From an uncultured Bacilli bacterium (GTDB taxonomy: Bacteria > Bacillota_I > Bacilli_A > RF39 > UBA660), in contig CANQZC010000005.1 in NCBI GenBank assembly GCA_947628235.1, positions 1,460-65,459 of the forward strand: a stretch of DNA of 64,000 nucleotides. Reading direction: 5' to 3'. The notes beneath the pieces were generated by a model. It was not told the DNA's origin and did not search any database. It worked only from the letters and a program-made list of their open reading frames with translations. Numbering within the stretch: the first letter of the stretch is position 1; the number at the start of each line of letters is the position of its first letter. Both the position numbers and the translations under genes were made by a program. This document shows positions 37,833 through 46,235 of the stretch, one piece after another.

Positions 37833-38846
37833 TTATTTCGCAAAGTCCTCTACATTTTCCCTTAAGTAGGTTAAGGCTTCTTCAAAAGTAGAAACAGGAA
37901 CAATCGTAATATCATATTTCTTTTTCTTCTTTAAAGCCATCGCTTCTTCATAATTTTCCCCGGCAGGAACAAAGAAAATATCTGCTTTTTTACTAGCGCC
38001 TTTTAGTTTGTAGTCAACTCCCCCAATTTCTCCGACATTTCCTTCTCTATCAATCGTTCCTGTACCAACGATAGTTAATCCACCTGTAATATCTTCTTCG
38101 GTAAGGGCATTATAAATGGCAAGGGCAACCATCAATCCTCCGCTAGGTCCTGATTCAGAACTACGATAAGAGATTTCTAAAGAAGGCTTTTCTTCATAGA
38201 TAGGAATGGCGGCAGGAACAATTCCGATTAACTTTATTCCTTCTACTTCGATAATCGTCGCATGTCTAATTTCTTTTTTCTCTCCATGAAGAACTTCTAA
38301 AGTAACTTCTTCTCCCACTTCTTTTTGCTGAATTAGTTTCGAAAAATCTTCTGTAGAAGTAATTTTCGTTTCGTCTAAAGTAAGAATTAAATCTCCCATT
38401 TGTAAATCCGTTTTAGCTTCTTCATAAATATAGAGAACAAAGACTTGATTTTCTACCACTTGAATTTCTTTTCCGGCTGCTTCATACGCTACTAACGCAG
38501 CATTCCCATAAGCTTCTTTTAGCCATAATTGATCTCTTAATAAAATATCTTCATAAGATTCCATTCCTTCATTTTCTTCTTTAGGATATAAATCCCAACT
38601 AGGAAGAAAAAAAGAAAGGATCGCTAAAGGAATGGTCGCTTCATATTCAGATACATAAGCAAGATTTAGACTTCCTTTAGAAGAATACCCATTCTCTACA
38701 TGGATTCTTTTTCCAATATTGATTAACCCTCCAGGAGCATCAATATAATAAGGAATCTTAAAAAAAGTAAGAAAAATTAAAAGAAGATAAAGGAAAATAA
38801 AAACTCTATGTTTCTTGATAAAATCTTTTACTTTTTGCATATTCAT
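37833..38846 (-). CDS. YlbL/SepM-type membrane-anchored PDZ plus Lon-like (S16) serine protease
   Basis: N-terminal TM, PDZ-like middle (MGDLILTLDETKI), and a Lon catalytic motif ESGPSGGLM with downstream GGVDYKLKGA. Confidence 0.8.
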   Translation of the reverse strand: MNMQKVKDFIKKHRVFIFLYLLLIFLTFFKIPYYIDAPGGLINIGKRIHVENGYSSKGSLNLAYVSEYEATIPLAILSFFLPSWDLYPKEENEGMESYEDILLRDQLWLKEAYGNAALVAYEAAGKEIQVVENQVFVLYIYEEAKTDLQMGDLILTLDETKITSTEDFSKLIQQKEVGEEVTLEVLHGEKKEIRHATIIEVEGIKLIGIVPAAIPIYEEKPSLEISYRSSESGPSGGLMVALAIYNALTEEDITGGLTIVGTGTIDREGNVGEIGGVDYKLKGASKKADIFFVPAGENYEEAMALKKKKKYDITIVPVSTFEEALTYLRENVEDFAK

Positions 38847-38872
38847 TTCCTATCCACAAAAAAAGATAAAAA

Positions 38873-39130
38873 TTATCTTTTTGATTCTAAATATCGATAC
38901 TCATTTTCCCATACGGTTCCATCGGGAGCAACATAATAATCTTGGGTATCATCATATCGTTCATAATCTTTGGCACTATCCCAAAAATTACCGTCTTTAT
39001 CCTGATATGGTTCTTCATTTCCTACATTACTAACACTCGTTCTAGAATTTTTAGGTCCTACGGTAAAAAGAACTAATACAAATAACCCCAAAATAACAAC
39101 CGAATAAGTAATCTTTCTACTTTGACTCAT
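38873..39130 (-). CDS. small membrane-anchored protein with two copies of the DGxxW..EY repeat
   Basis: 85 aa with TM YSVVILGLFVLVLFTV, then DKDGNFWDSAKDYERY and APDGTVWENEYRYLE. Confidence 0.6.
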   Translation of the reverse strand: MSQSRKITYSVVILGLFVLVLFTVGPKNSRTSVSNVGNEEPYQDKDGNFWDSAKDYERYDDTQDYYVAPDGTVWENEYRYLESKR

Positions 39131-39140
39131 AGTAACCCTC

Positions 39141-39383
39141 CTATCGTACTTTTTCTACATTCTCTGTTGTAGGCGCTAAAGCCTTAGAGATGGCTCTTTT
39201 CACTTGATTTCGAAAATCTTCTTCCCGTAATCTTTTATAGCCACTATATCCTTCTTTGGTTACTACCGTAAGTAACCACATTCCCGCAAATACTTCTTTA
39301 TTGGGATTAGCATGTTGAACACCAGAAGAAACAGCTCTACTTGAAACTAAACATGGAAAATTCACATACCTTATACTGTTCAT
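39141..39383 (-). CDS. hypothetical small protein
   Basis: 80-aa ORF with an AGGAGAG RBS upstream of its ATG. No recognisable family. Confidence 0.4.
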   Translation of the reverse strand: MNSIRYVNFPCLVSSRAVSSGVQHANPNKEVFAGMWLLTVVTKEGYSGYKRLREEDFRNQVKRAISKALAPTTENVEKVR

Positions 39384-39440
39384 ATTTTAATCTCTCCTAT
39401 TTTCAATATAATCATACCACAAATTGAAAAAATACACAAC

Positions 39441-39463
39441 AAAAAAAAAGTCTAAAATAGACT
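39441..39463 (-). terminator. intrinsic terminator after the 555-aa repeat protein gene
   Basis: Minus strand reads AGUCUA-UUU-UAGACU followed by U9. Confidence 0.8.
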
Positions 39464-39464
39464 C

Positions 39465-41132
39465 TTATAATGTTTTTCCTTCTTCCATTCCTGCTTCTGG
39501 AGCCTCTGCTTGTAAAGAAGAAATGTATAAATTGTATTCTTCTTCACTTACCCATACCGTTCCATCTGGGGCAACAAAGAAATCATCAGAAGTAGCTTCT
39601 GCTTCAGGAGTTTCTTCTGTCGTGGAAGTTGTTTCCTCTCCTGTACCAGTATCCATTGGTACTGTAACAACAGGCTCTACAGGAAGAATTGCTTCATCTC
39701 CTGGGATAACAGCATCCCCTTGATAAGAAGCTTCTTCTATGCCGATATTGGTAGTAGCTGGTTGAGCAGCTAAATAATCTTCTTCACTTACCCATACCGT
39801 TCCATCTGGGGCAATATAATAATCATCTTCTGTTGTAGTTTCTTCCGTAGTAGACGCAGAAGTCTCTTCAGCACTAACAGTTTGTGCTTCTGGTGTACTA
39901 TTTTGTAAAGAAGCTATATAATCAGATTCATTTTCCCAAATCGTTCCATCTGGAGCGGTATAGTAACTATCATCTGTCGTTGTACTAGTATAAGTAGTAT
40001 CATCGTAAGTTTCTTCATAACTTGATCCACCAAGAGAAGATAAGTAATCTTCCTCACTTTCCCAGATAGTTCCATCTGGGGCAGTATAATAATTACCATT
40101 ATCTACTTGTTGATCTTGATAATTCTCATCATTATTATCATAAGTACCATAGTTGGCATTATCCATATTAATAATATCTAGATAATCTTGTTTAGAGGCA
40201 TAGACATCGCCACCTACCCAATAATATCCATCTTCATAATATCCACCATATTCATCTAATGTATGGGTTTGTTCTTGGCTACCACCTAAAGTTTCTCCAT
40301 TATCAGTATATCCTTCCGTATAAGAAGAACTGTTAATAAACTCCTGATATTCGGCTTCAGATGTCCAATAAGTTCCGTCTGGAGCATGGTATCCTTCTCC
40401 TTGTTCAACAACTTCTCCACTACCTGGAAGAACCGTTGTTCCATTATTAGATTGTACATATTTTTGGTATTCTGCTTCAGATGTCCAAATCGTTCCATCT
40501 GGAGCAACATAGCCACTTTCTACTTCCGTTGTACCAACTTCATTTTGTCCTTGAATATATTTTTGATACTCTGCTTCAGATTCCCATACAGTACCATCTG
40601 GCGCTAAATAACCACTTTCTACGGTCGTTACAGTCGTACCAGCAGGAGCATCTTCCAAACCGACATCTACTGCTGCTTGATAATCTTCCTCACTAACCCA
40701 AGTATCTCCACCTTTTTCTGGTGTATAGGTAGGTCCTTGATAAGAATCATTACCAGCATTTAACTCAGCTTCCATCTCGGCTCTTGTCTTCATTCTGTTT
40801 TGCCAAGATAAACTATTCAATCTTCCTTGAAGTAAATCGGCAGGAAGAACATCTTCTTGTTCTTCTCCCTCAGTATCACCCGCTACAACAGGCTCTCCAT
40901 CTTGGTTTGTATCTGTCACTTCTGTTTCTGGTTGTTCTGCTTGTGGGATAGCACTCATTCCACAAGCAACAAGCGCACTTACTAAAGAAGTCCCTACAAT
41001 TGCCTTTAAAAGTTTTTCTCTTATTAAGACAAACTTTCTTTTCTTCTTTCCTGAAGACTCTCTACGAAAAGCAGCCTCATTTACATGTATATTTGTTTCA
41101 TCTAATTGAAGGTTTTCTAAACTTGAATCCAT
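39465..41132 (-). CDS. membrane-anchored surface protein with about 9 APDGTxWxSExEY repeats
   Basis: The start is moved to MDSSLENL (ATG 41132, AGAGGGAG RBS). It has a basic cytoplasmic N-terminus and a TM/lipobox-like segment (LVSALVACGMS). The ectodomain is acidic and low-complexity, with repeats such as GYLAPDGTVWESEAEYQKYI, YVAPDGTIWTSEAEYQKYV and FVAPDGTVWVSEEEYNLYI. Confidence 0.75.
   Translation of the reverse strand: MDSSLENLQLDETNIHVNEAAFRRESSGKKKRKFVLIREKLLKAIVGTSLVSALVACGMSAIPQAEQPETEVTDTNQDGEPVVAGDTEGEEQEDVLPADLLQGRLNSLSWQNRMKTRAEMEAELNAGNDSYQGPTYTPEKGGDTWVSEEDYQAAVDVGLEDAPAGTTVTTVESGYLAPDGTVWESEAEYQKYIQGQNEVGTTEVESGYVAPDGTIWTSEAEYQKYVQSNNGTTVLPGSGEVVEQGEGYHAPDGTYWTSEAEYQEFINSSSYTEGYTDNGETLGGSQEQTHTLDEYGGYYEDGYYWVGGDVYASKQDYLDIINMDNANYGTYDNNDENYQDQQVDNGNYYTAPDGTIWESEEDYLSSLGGSSYEETYDDTTYTSTTTDDSYYTAPDGTIWENESDYIASLQNSTPEAQTVSAEETSASTTEETTTEDDYYIAPDGTVWVSEEDYLAAQPATTNIGIEEASYQGDAVIPGDEAILPVEPVVTVPMDTGTGEETTSTTEETPEAEATSDDFFVAPDGTVWVSEEEYNLYISSLQAEAPEAGMEEGKTL
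40332..40850 (-). repeat. copy 1 of an approximately 520-bp near-identical block shared by the two repeat-protein genes
   Basis: Aligned by eye to 41634-42152, I estimate about 90% nucleotide identity, with long perfect runs (for example ccttctccttgttcaacaacttctccactacctggaagaaccgttgttccattattagattgtacatattttt). Confidence 0.8.
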
Positions 41133-41164
41133 TTTCTCCCTCTTCTCTTTCAAAAGACGCGGTT

Positions 41165-41193
41165 ATATTATCATTTTTTAATGATGTTGTCAA
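41165..41193 (-). promoter_or_regulatory. putative sigma-A promoter of the 555-aa repeat protein gene
   Basis: Minus strand reads TTGACA (41193-41188), 17-nt spacer, TAATAT (41170-41165). Confidence 0.6.
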
Positions 41194-41290
41194 ATCCGAC
41201 TCTTCTACTCTACTATTAAAAGCATATAATTTTTTGCTCGATTAGTCAAGTGTTTTATGAAATGTGAAAGATTTTTTTGTCAACTTTTTA

Positions 41291-41320
41291 AAATAAAAAA
41301 GATTAGCAATCGCTAATCTT
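41291..41320 (-). terminator. intrinsic terminator after the 369-aa repeat lipoprotein gene
   Basis: Minus strand reads AAGAUUAGC-GAUU-GCUAAUCUU followed by a U-rich tail. The stem overlaps the stop codon. Confidence 0.8.
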
Positions 41321-42428
41321 ATCTATGATATCCATCTCCTAGACTATTTATATAATCTAGATAGTCTTGATAACTTGCCCAAATATTTCCATCTGGATCT
41401 TGATAGTAATCTCCATCTGTCATACCGGTATCTGGAGTTTCTTGATAATCTCCTGAAGGTTGATTATAAGATTGTCCATATACTAAATCTATATAATCTT
41501 GTTTAGAGGCGTAAGCTTCTCCACCTACCCAATAAACACCATCCGCATAATATCCTCCATATTCATCTACATCATAAGAATTAGAACCAGTATCTTCATA
41601 GAAGTCTTGATTATCTTCATGGTAACTATTTCCATTTATGAATTCCCAATATTCCGCTTCAGATGTCCAATAAGTTCCATCTGGGGCACGATATCCTTCT
41701 CCTTGTTCAACAACTTCTCCACTACCTGGAAGAACCGTTGTTCCATTATTAGATTGTACATATTTTTGATATTCTGCTTCGGATGTCCAAATCGTTCCAT
41801 CTGGGGCAACATATCCACTTTCTACTTCCGTTGTACCGGTTTCTTTTTGTCCTTCCACATATTTCTTATACTCTGCTTCAGATTCCCATACAGTACCATC
41901 TGGCGCTAAATAACCACTTTCTACTGTCGTTACAGTTGTACCAGCAGGAGCATTTTCCAAACCGGCATCTACTGCTTCTTGGTAATCTTCTTTACTAACC
42001 CAAGTATCTCCACCTTTTTCTGGCGTATAGGTAGGTCCTTTGTAAGAATCACTTCCAGCATTTAATTCGGCTTCCATTTCTGCTCTTGTCTTCATGTTAT
42101 TCGTCCAAGATAAATGGGTTACTCTTCCTTGAAGTAAATCGGCAGGTAATACCATTTCCTCTTCGCTAGGTTCTGCCGCATTTGGATCTGCAGTTTGTGT
42201 TGTAGTTGGACCAATAGGTTCTTCTGTTATAGTTGTTTGTTTACTATTAGAAGCACATCCAACAAGTGATAAAGCAAGTGATAAGCCAAGAACCACTTTT
42301 AAAATTCTTTCCTTAACAACTACGGCTTTTCTCTTTTGATTCTTTTGTCTTGCAAAGAAATTTACCATCCCTGCAGCAGGACGAATATTCATCTCGTTTA
42401 TTTTTAACTCTTCCATACTTTCTCTCAT
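41319..42428 (-). CDS. putative lipoprotein with about 6 APDGTxWxSExEY repeats (paralog of 39465-41132)
   Basis: The start is moved to MRESMEEL (ATG 42428, AAGGGGGA RBS). It has a lipobox LSLVGC|ASN. About 175 aa are nearly identical to the neighbouring paralog. Confidence 0.75.
   Translation of the reverse strand: MRESMEELKINEMNIRPAAGMVNFFARQKNQKRKAVVVKERILKVVLGLSLALSLVGCASNSKQTTITEEPIGPTTTQTADPNAAEPSEEEMVLPADLLQGRVTHLSWTNNMKTRAEMEAELNAGSDSYKGPTYTPEKGGDTWVSKEDYQEAVDAGLENAPAGTTVTTVESGYLAPDGTVWESEAEYKKYVEGQKETGTTEVESGYVAPDGTIWTSEAEYQKYVQSNNGTTVLPGSGEVVEQGEGYRAPDGTYWTSEAEYWEFINGNSYHEDNQDFYEDTGSNSYDVDEYGGYYADGVYWVGGEAYASKQDYIDLVYGQSYNQPSGDYQETPDTGMTDGDYYQDPDGNIWASYQDYLDYINSLGDGYHR
41634..42152 (-). 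repeat. copy 2 of the approximately 520-bp near-identical block
   Basis: See copy 1. It encodes VLPADLLQGR...YWTSEAEY in both genes. Confidence 0.8.
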
Positions 42429-42461
42429 AATCTTTCCCCCTTCTCTCACTCAGATTGCATT

Positions 42462-42490
42462 ATCCTAGCATTTTTTTCAACTTTTGTCAA
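42462..42490 (-). promoter_or_regulatory. putative promoter of the 369-aa repeat lipoprotein gene
   Basis: Minus strand reads TTGACA (42490-42485), 17-nt spacer, TAGGAT (42467-42462), preceded by TGc (extended -10 like). Confidence 0.5.
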
Positions 42491-42560
42491 ATTCTTTTGC
42501 AAAAAAGAAGAAAAAAAACTTTTTCATGACTAATTTTTCTTTTTTCAAATAAACTATAGT

Positions 42561-43418
42561 ATGAAATCAAAACTTTATTCTATCGGTTGTTTTTTACTTA
42601 TTTTTCTAGTTTTATTCCACGGCAAGGAAGGCAGTGAGGCCCTTTTAAAAGCAGGAATTCTCTTTCAAAATAGAATCTTTCCTAGTCTCTTTCCCTTTCT
42701 TGTTCTTTCTCCCTTTTTTATCCAATATGGACTGTTCGATTTCTTAAAAGAAGTTTTTGGCCCCATCGCTAGCAAGTTTTTTCATATCTCTAAAAATGGG
42801 TGCTACCTTTTCTTTATGAGCATGTTATCCGGCTTTCCTTCTAGTGCGAATTATGCCAAGGATCTACTAGATAAAAATCTATTGGAAAAAGAGGAAGCTT
42901 TTCATATCCTTCTTTTTTCCCATTTTTCCAATCCTTTATTTATTCTTGCCATGGTTCCCACTCATCCTCTTCTTGTTTTAGGATGTCACTATATTTCTAA
43001 TTTTTTTATTGGTTTTTGCATTAGAAAACCTCTTCTAGAAGGCGAAAAAAAAGAAACCGTTATCGAAAAAGATCCTTTTTTTACGATTTTTTCAACGGCA
43101 ATTCATCATACGATGGAAAGCCTTCTTTTCATTCTAGGAGTCATCTCTTTTTTCTTTCTCATAGGTTCTTTTTTCAATCATCCACTTACTTCTCTTTTCT
43201 TAGAAGTATCGCAAGGTCTAAACTATTTAAAGACACTTTCTCTCACCCCAAAACAAAGTGCGATGTTATCCACCTTTTTACTTTCTTTTGGTGGGCTTAG
43301 TGTACATCTTCAAACATATGGAATCCTATCCCAATATCATTTTCCTTATCGTCCTTATCTTCGAATGAGAATTTTTCATGCTTTTCTTTCTAGTTTACTA
43401 GTCTTTCTTCTTTTTTAA
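42561..43418 (+). CDS. YlbJ-like integral membrane protein (nucleoside-recognition/Gate-domain type), short form
   Basis: 285 aa and polytopic. The N-terminal pattern ...GILFQNRIFPSLFPFLVLSPFF... and LSGFPSSANYA resemble the YlbJ family. No SD sequence precedes the ATG. Confidence 0.55.
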   Translation: MKSKLYSIGCFLLIFLVLFHGKEGSEALLKAGILFQNRIFPSLFPFLVLSPFFIQYGLFDFLKEVFGPIASKFFHISKNGCYLFFMSMLSGFPSSANYAKDLLDKNLLEKEEAFHILLFSHFSNPLFILAMVPTHPLLVLGCHYISNFFIGFCIRKPLLEGEKKETVIEKDPFFTIFSTAIHHTMESLLFILGVISFFFLIGSFFNHPLTSLFLEVSQGLNYLKTLSLTPKQSAMLSTFLLSFGGLSVHLQTYGILSQYHFPYRPYLRMRIFHAFLSSLLVFLLF

Positions 43419-43939
43419 GAAACATCAATTGTCGCAAAAAGTGGAGAATATAAATATACCATCTTCACCCCGAAATCTTCATTTTCTATCAATGGTGTCG
43501 TAATAGAAATATCCAAGAAAACATAGCCAATATCCATACCATCTGTCCGTTCTTTTACTTCTGATACTTCAATCACAGGATCGGCTTTATCGACAAATTG
43601 ATATTCATATGTCTTACCATTTCCAGAATAAGTAATACTAGAGGAAGTAACCATTAATTTCTTCATCACACTATTTCCAGAAGCATCTTGGAATAAAAAG
43701 TTATATTCTCCCTTTTTTCCGGACATCTGTATTAAGGTATACTCACTTGCATCATGCGCTAATTCATCACTTAGTAATCCTTGTTGAACAATGAGTTCAC
43801 TCTTGATAGATTGTGCTAAATAATTTTCTTTAATCATCATGACAATATTGAAAAGAAATACCATAACAACCATGGATAAAGAAAAGGCTGTTAAGAGTTC
43901 TACAATTGTAAATCCTTTTTGATTTTTCATTCTACGCAC
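43415..43939 (-). CDS. minor pseudopilin (prepilin-type N-terminal motif)
   Basis: MRRMKNQKG|FTIVELLTAFSLSMVVMVFLF. Confidence 0.75.
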   Translation of the reverse strand: MRRMKNQKGFTIVELLTAFSLSMVVMVFLFNIVMMIKENYLAQSIKSELIVQQGLLSDELAHDASEYTLIQMSGKKGEYNFLFQDASGNSVMKKLMVTSSSITYSGNGKTYEYQFVDKADPVIEVSEVKERTDGMDIGYVFLDISITTPLIENEDFGVKMVYLYSPLFATIDVS

Positions 43940-44474
43940 CTACCTTTGGTTTCTTAAAATGTTGTGTCGCAAAAGTATACTGATTAGCGTCATACCCAAA
44001 GCGAACGATAACTTGATAAGTATACTCTGCATCTTTTACACTAAGAGGCGCTAACGTCTTTAAAAATGGTCCAAAAGTACTATCTAAAGCCGTTATTTTA
44101 TCTTTTAACGCTTGATACTGATCAGTTGTGATTCCTTGATTTACTCTGATTACATAGACTTTCGAAATCTTTAAATCATTCCAAAGATTCGTCCAAAGAT
44201 TTCCAACATTAGAATCCTTTGTCAATTCAACGACTTCTCCATTATCTAACTTAGAGTAGAAAGAATCTCCTGAAGTAAAAATCAAATATTTTTTAATGGT
44301 TTCTACCCGATAGACATTTTCTAAGGAATTATAACGATAAAACCGTTGATAAGTATTTCCTATCGAAGAATATTGGACATACATATATACTAAAATTCCC
44401 GCAATCGTCAAGGAAACTAAAAGGGTCTCCATGAGGAGAAATCCACGATTGTCTAGGGAAAGATTTTTTTTCAT
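43932..44474 (-). CDS. pseudopilin-like protein (degenerate prepilin motif)
   Basis: The start is moved to MKKNLSLDNRG|FLLMETLLVSL (ATG 44474, AAGGAG RBS). This removes the overlap with the divergent ATPase gene. Confidence 0.6.
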   Translation of the reverse strand: MKKNLSLDNRGFLLMETLLVSLTIAGILVYMYVQYSSIGNTYQRFYRYNSLENVYRVETIKKYLIFTSGDSFYSKLDNGEVVELTKDSNVGNLWTNLWNDLKISKVYVIRVNQGITTDQYQALKDKITALDSTFGPFLKTLAPLSVKDAEYTYQVIVRFGYDANQYTFATQHFKKPKVGA

Positions 44475-44584
44475 AGAATTCACTCCTTGTATTGTAATTA
44501 TTACAAGATTATTATATAATATATTCAGGATAAATGCTAGTCCTAAAGAATAAAAGAACAAAAAATAAGAAGGGATTGACAAGG

Positions 44585-46180
44585 ATGCTTAGAACATTTG
44601 ACTATGAAAAAATACCAATTGTCGAGATTGTCAACGATATCATGCTTGATGCCTCTAAACGAGGAGCTTCTGATATTCACTTTGACCCCCATAAAGACGA
44701 TATGGTAATTCGTATTCGTATAGATGGCGCTCTTATCGATTATGCGGAAGTACCAGCATTATTTCAAAAGAACTTAGTAACTCGTGTAAAAATTATTGCT
44801 GGAATGAATATTACAGAATCTAGACTTCCTCAAGATGGTGCTATCAAAGCAAATTTAAAAGGAACAAACTTAGACATGCGTGTATCTGCTCTTCCTACCA
44901 ACCTTGGAGAGAAAATCGTTATTCGTATCATGGACTATAGTTTAAGTGGAACGGGTATTGAAAACTTAGGTTTCTCCGCTTCTAATTATGAAAAAATATT
45001 AAAGATGCTTTCCTTACCAAATGGTATTATCATGGTAACTGGTGCTACTGGTAGTGGTAAATCTACTACGGTATATGCCATGTTACAAAGATTAAATAAA
45101 GAAGATACCAATATCATTTCCGTTGAGGATCCAGTCGAAATGAATATTGAAGGAATTAACCAAGTACAGACCAATAGTGAGATTGGTCTTGACTTCGCTA
45201 CAGTTCTTCGTTCTATCTTACGTCAGGACCCTAACGTTATTATGATTGGAGAGATTCGTGATACAGAAACAGCAAAAATAGCAGTTCGTGCTTCTATTAC
45301 AGGACACTTAGTACTCTCTACTATCCACACCAACGATGCGTTAAATACCATTGAAAGACTTTTGGATATGGATGTAGAGCGATATTTATTAGCGAGTGCT
45401 CTAGAAGGAATTATTGCTCAGAAATTAGCGCGTAAACTATGTGAAAAGTGTCGAAAGAAAAGGCCCGCTAGTCAATATGAAAAAGACTTGTTTAAACAAG
45501 CCCTTCATAAAGATGTAGATTACTTATATTCTGCAGTCGGCTGTGAAGAATGTCATCATGGATATAAAGGAAGAATTCCTATTCACGAAGTTCTTTTGAT
45601 TAATACCTTAATTCGAGATGCTATTACAGCAAACATTAGAAAAGAAGAATTAAGAAAATTAGTATATTCCCAAGATGTTACTTCCCTCTTACAAGATGGT
45701 TTGATGAAAGTAGAACAAGGACTTACTACCGTAGAGGAATTATTAAAGTTAATTGATTTGGAAAACGATGAAACTAGTCAAGAATCTTCCATGGGATTAA
45801 GAGAATCTCTACGTTTAGCCCAAGAACACGAAAAAGCCTTAGAGGAAGAAGAAAAATTACGGGAGAAAGAAGAAGAGAAAAAAGAATTTGCTCAAGTAGA
45901 AACACCTAAGGAAGAAGAACCTAAAAAAGAAGTTCCTGTTGAGGAACCAAAAGAGGAAAAGAAAAATGTAACCTTCTCTGAGGAAGACGCGATTGCTGAT
46001 GCCCTTAAATCCCTTAATATTGATCCTAAACCTAGAGAAAACGTTACTCCGGAATCTCCAAAAGAGGAAGAAAAAGAAGAATTACCTGATCGTTCTGGAG
46101 AAATTGAAGATATCTTATCAAGTATTGACTTCGGTGATGATGATGCTTCTTTAGAAGCTCTAAGAGATTTATTAAAATAA
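44585..46180 (+). CDS. type IV pilus/competence assembly ATPase (GspE/PilB/ComGA family) with K/E-rich C-terminal tail
   Basis: Walker A GATGSGKST, Asp box, Walker B VIMIGEIRD, His box LVLSTIHTND, and a tetra-Cys motif CEKC...CEEC. The probable start is MLRTFDYEK (44585). Residues after about 45761 are an acidic/lysine-rich extension of about 130 aa. Confidence 0.9.
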   Translation: MLRTFDYEKIPIVEIVNDIMLDASKRGASDIHFDPHKDDMVIRIRIDGALIDYAEVPALFQKNLVTRVKIIAGMNITESRLPQDGAIKANLKGTNLDMRVSALPTNLGEKIVIRIMDYSLSGTGIENLGFSASNYEKILKMLSLPNGIIMVTGATGSGKSTTVYAMLQRLNKEDTNIISVEDPVEMNIEGINQVQTNSEIGLDFATVLRSILRQDPNVIMIGEIRDTETAKIAVRASITGHLVLSTIHTNDALNTIERLLDMDVERYLLASALEGIIAQKLARKLCEKCRKKRPASQYEKDLFKQALHKDVDYLYSAVGCEECHHGYKGRIPIHEVLLINTLIRDAITANIRKEELRKLVYSQDVTSLLQDGLMKVEQGLTTVEELLKLIDLENDETSQESSMGLRESLRLAQEHEKALEEEEKLREKEEEKKEFAQVETPKEEEPKKEVPVEEPKEEKKNVTFSEEDAIADALKSLNIDPKPRENVTPESPKEEEKEELPDRSGEIEDILSSIDFGDDDASLEALRDLLK

Positions 46181-46183
46181 AAT

Positions 46184-46208
46184 GCCATCCTTTAAGGATG
46201 GTTTTTTT
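46184..46208 (+). terminator. intrinsic terminator after the pilus ATPase gene
   Basis: GCCAUCC-UUUAA-GGAUGG followed by U7. Confidence 0.85.
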
Positions 46209-46235
46209 ATACAAGAAAAGAGTTTTCACAGACTC

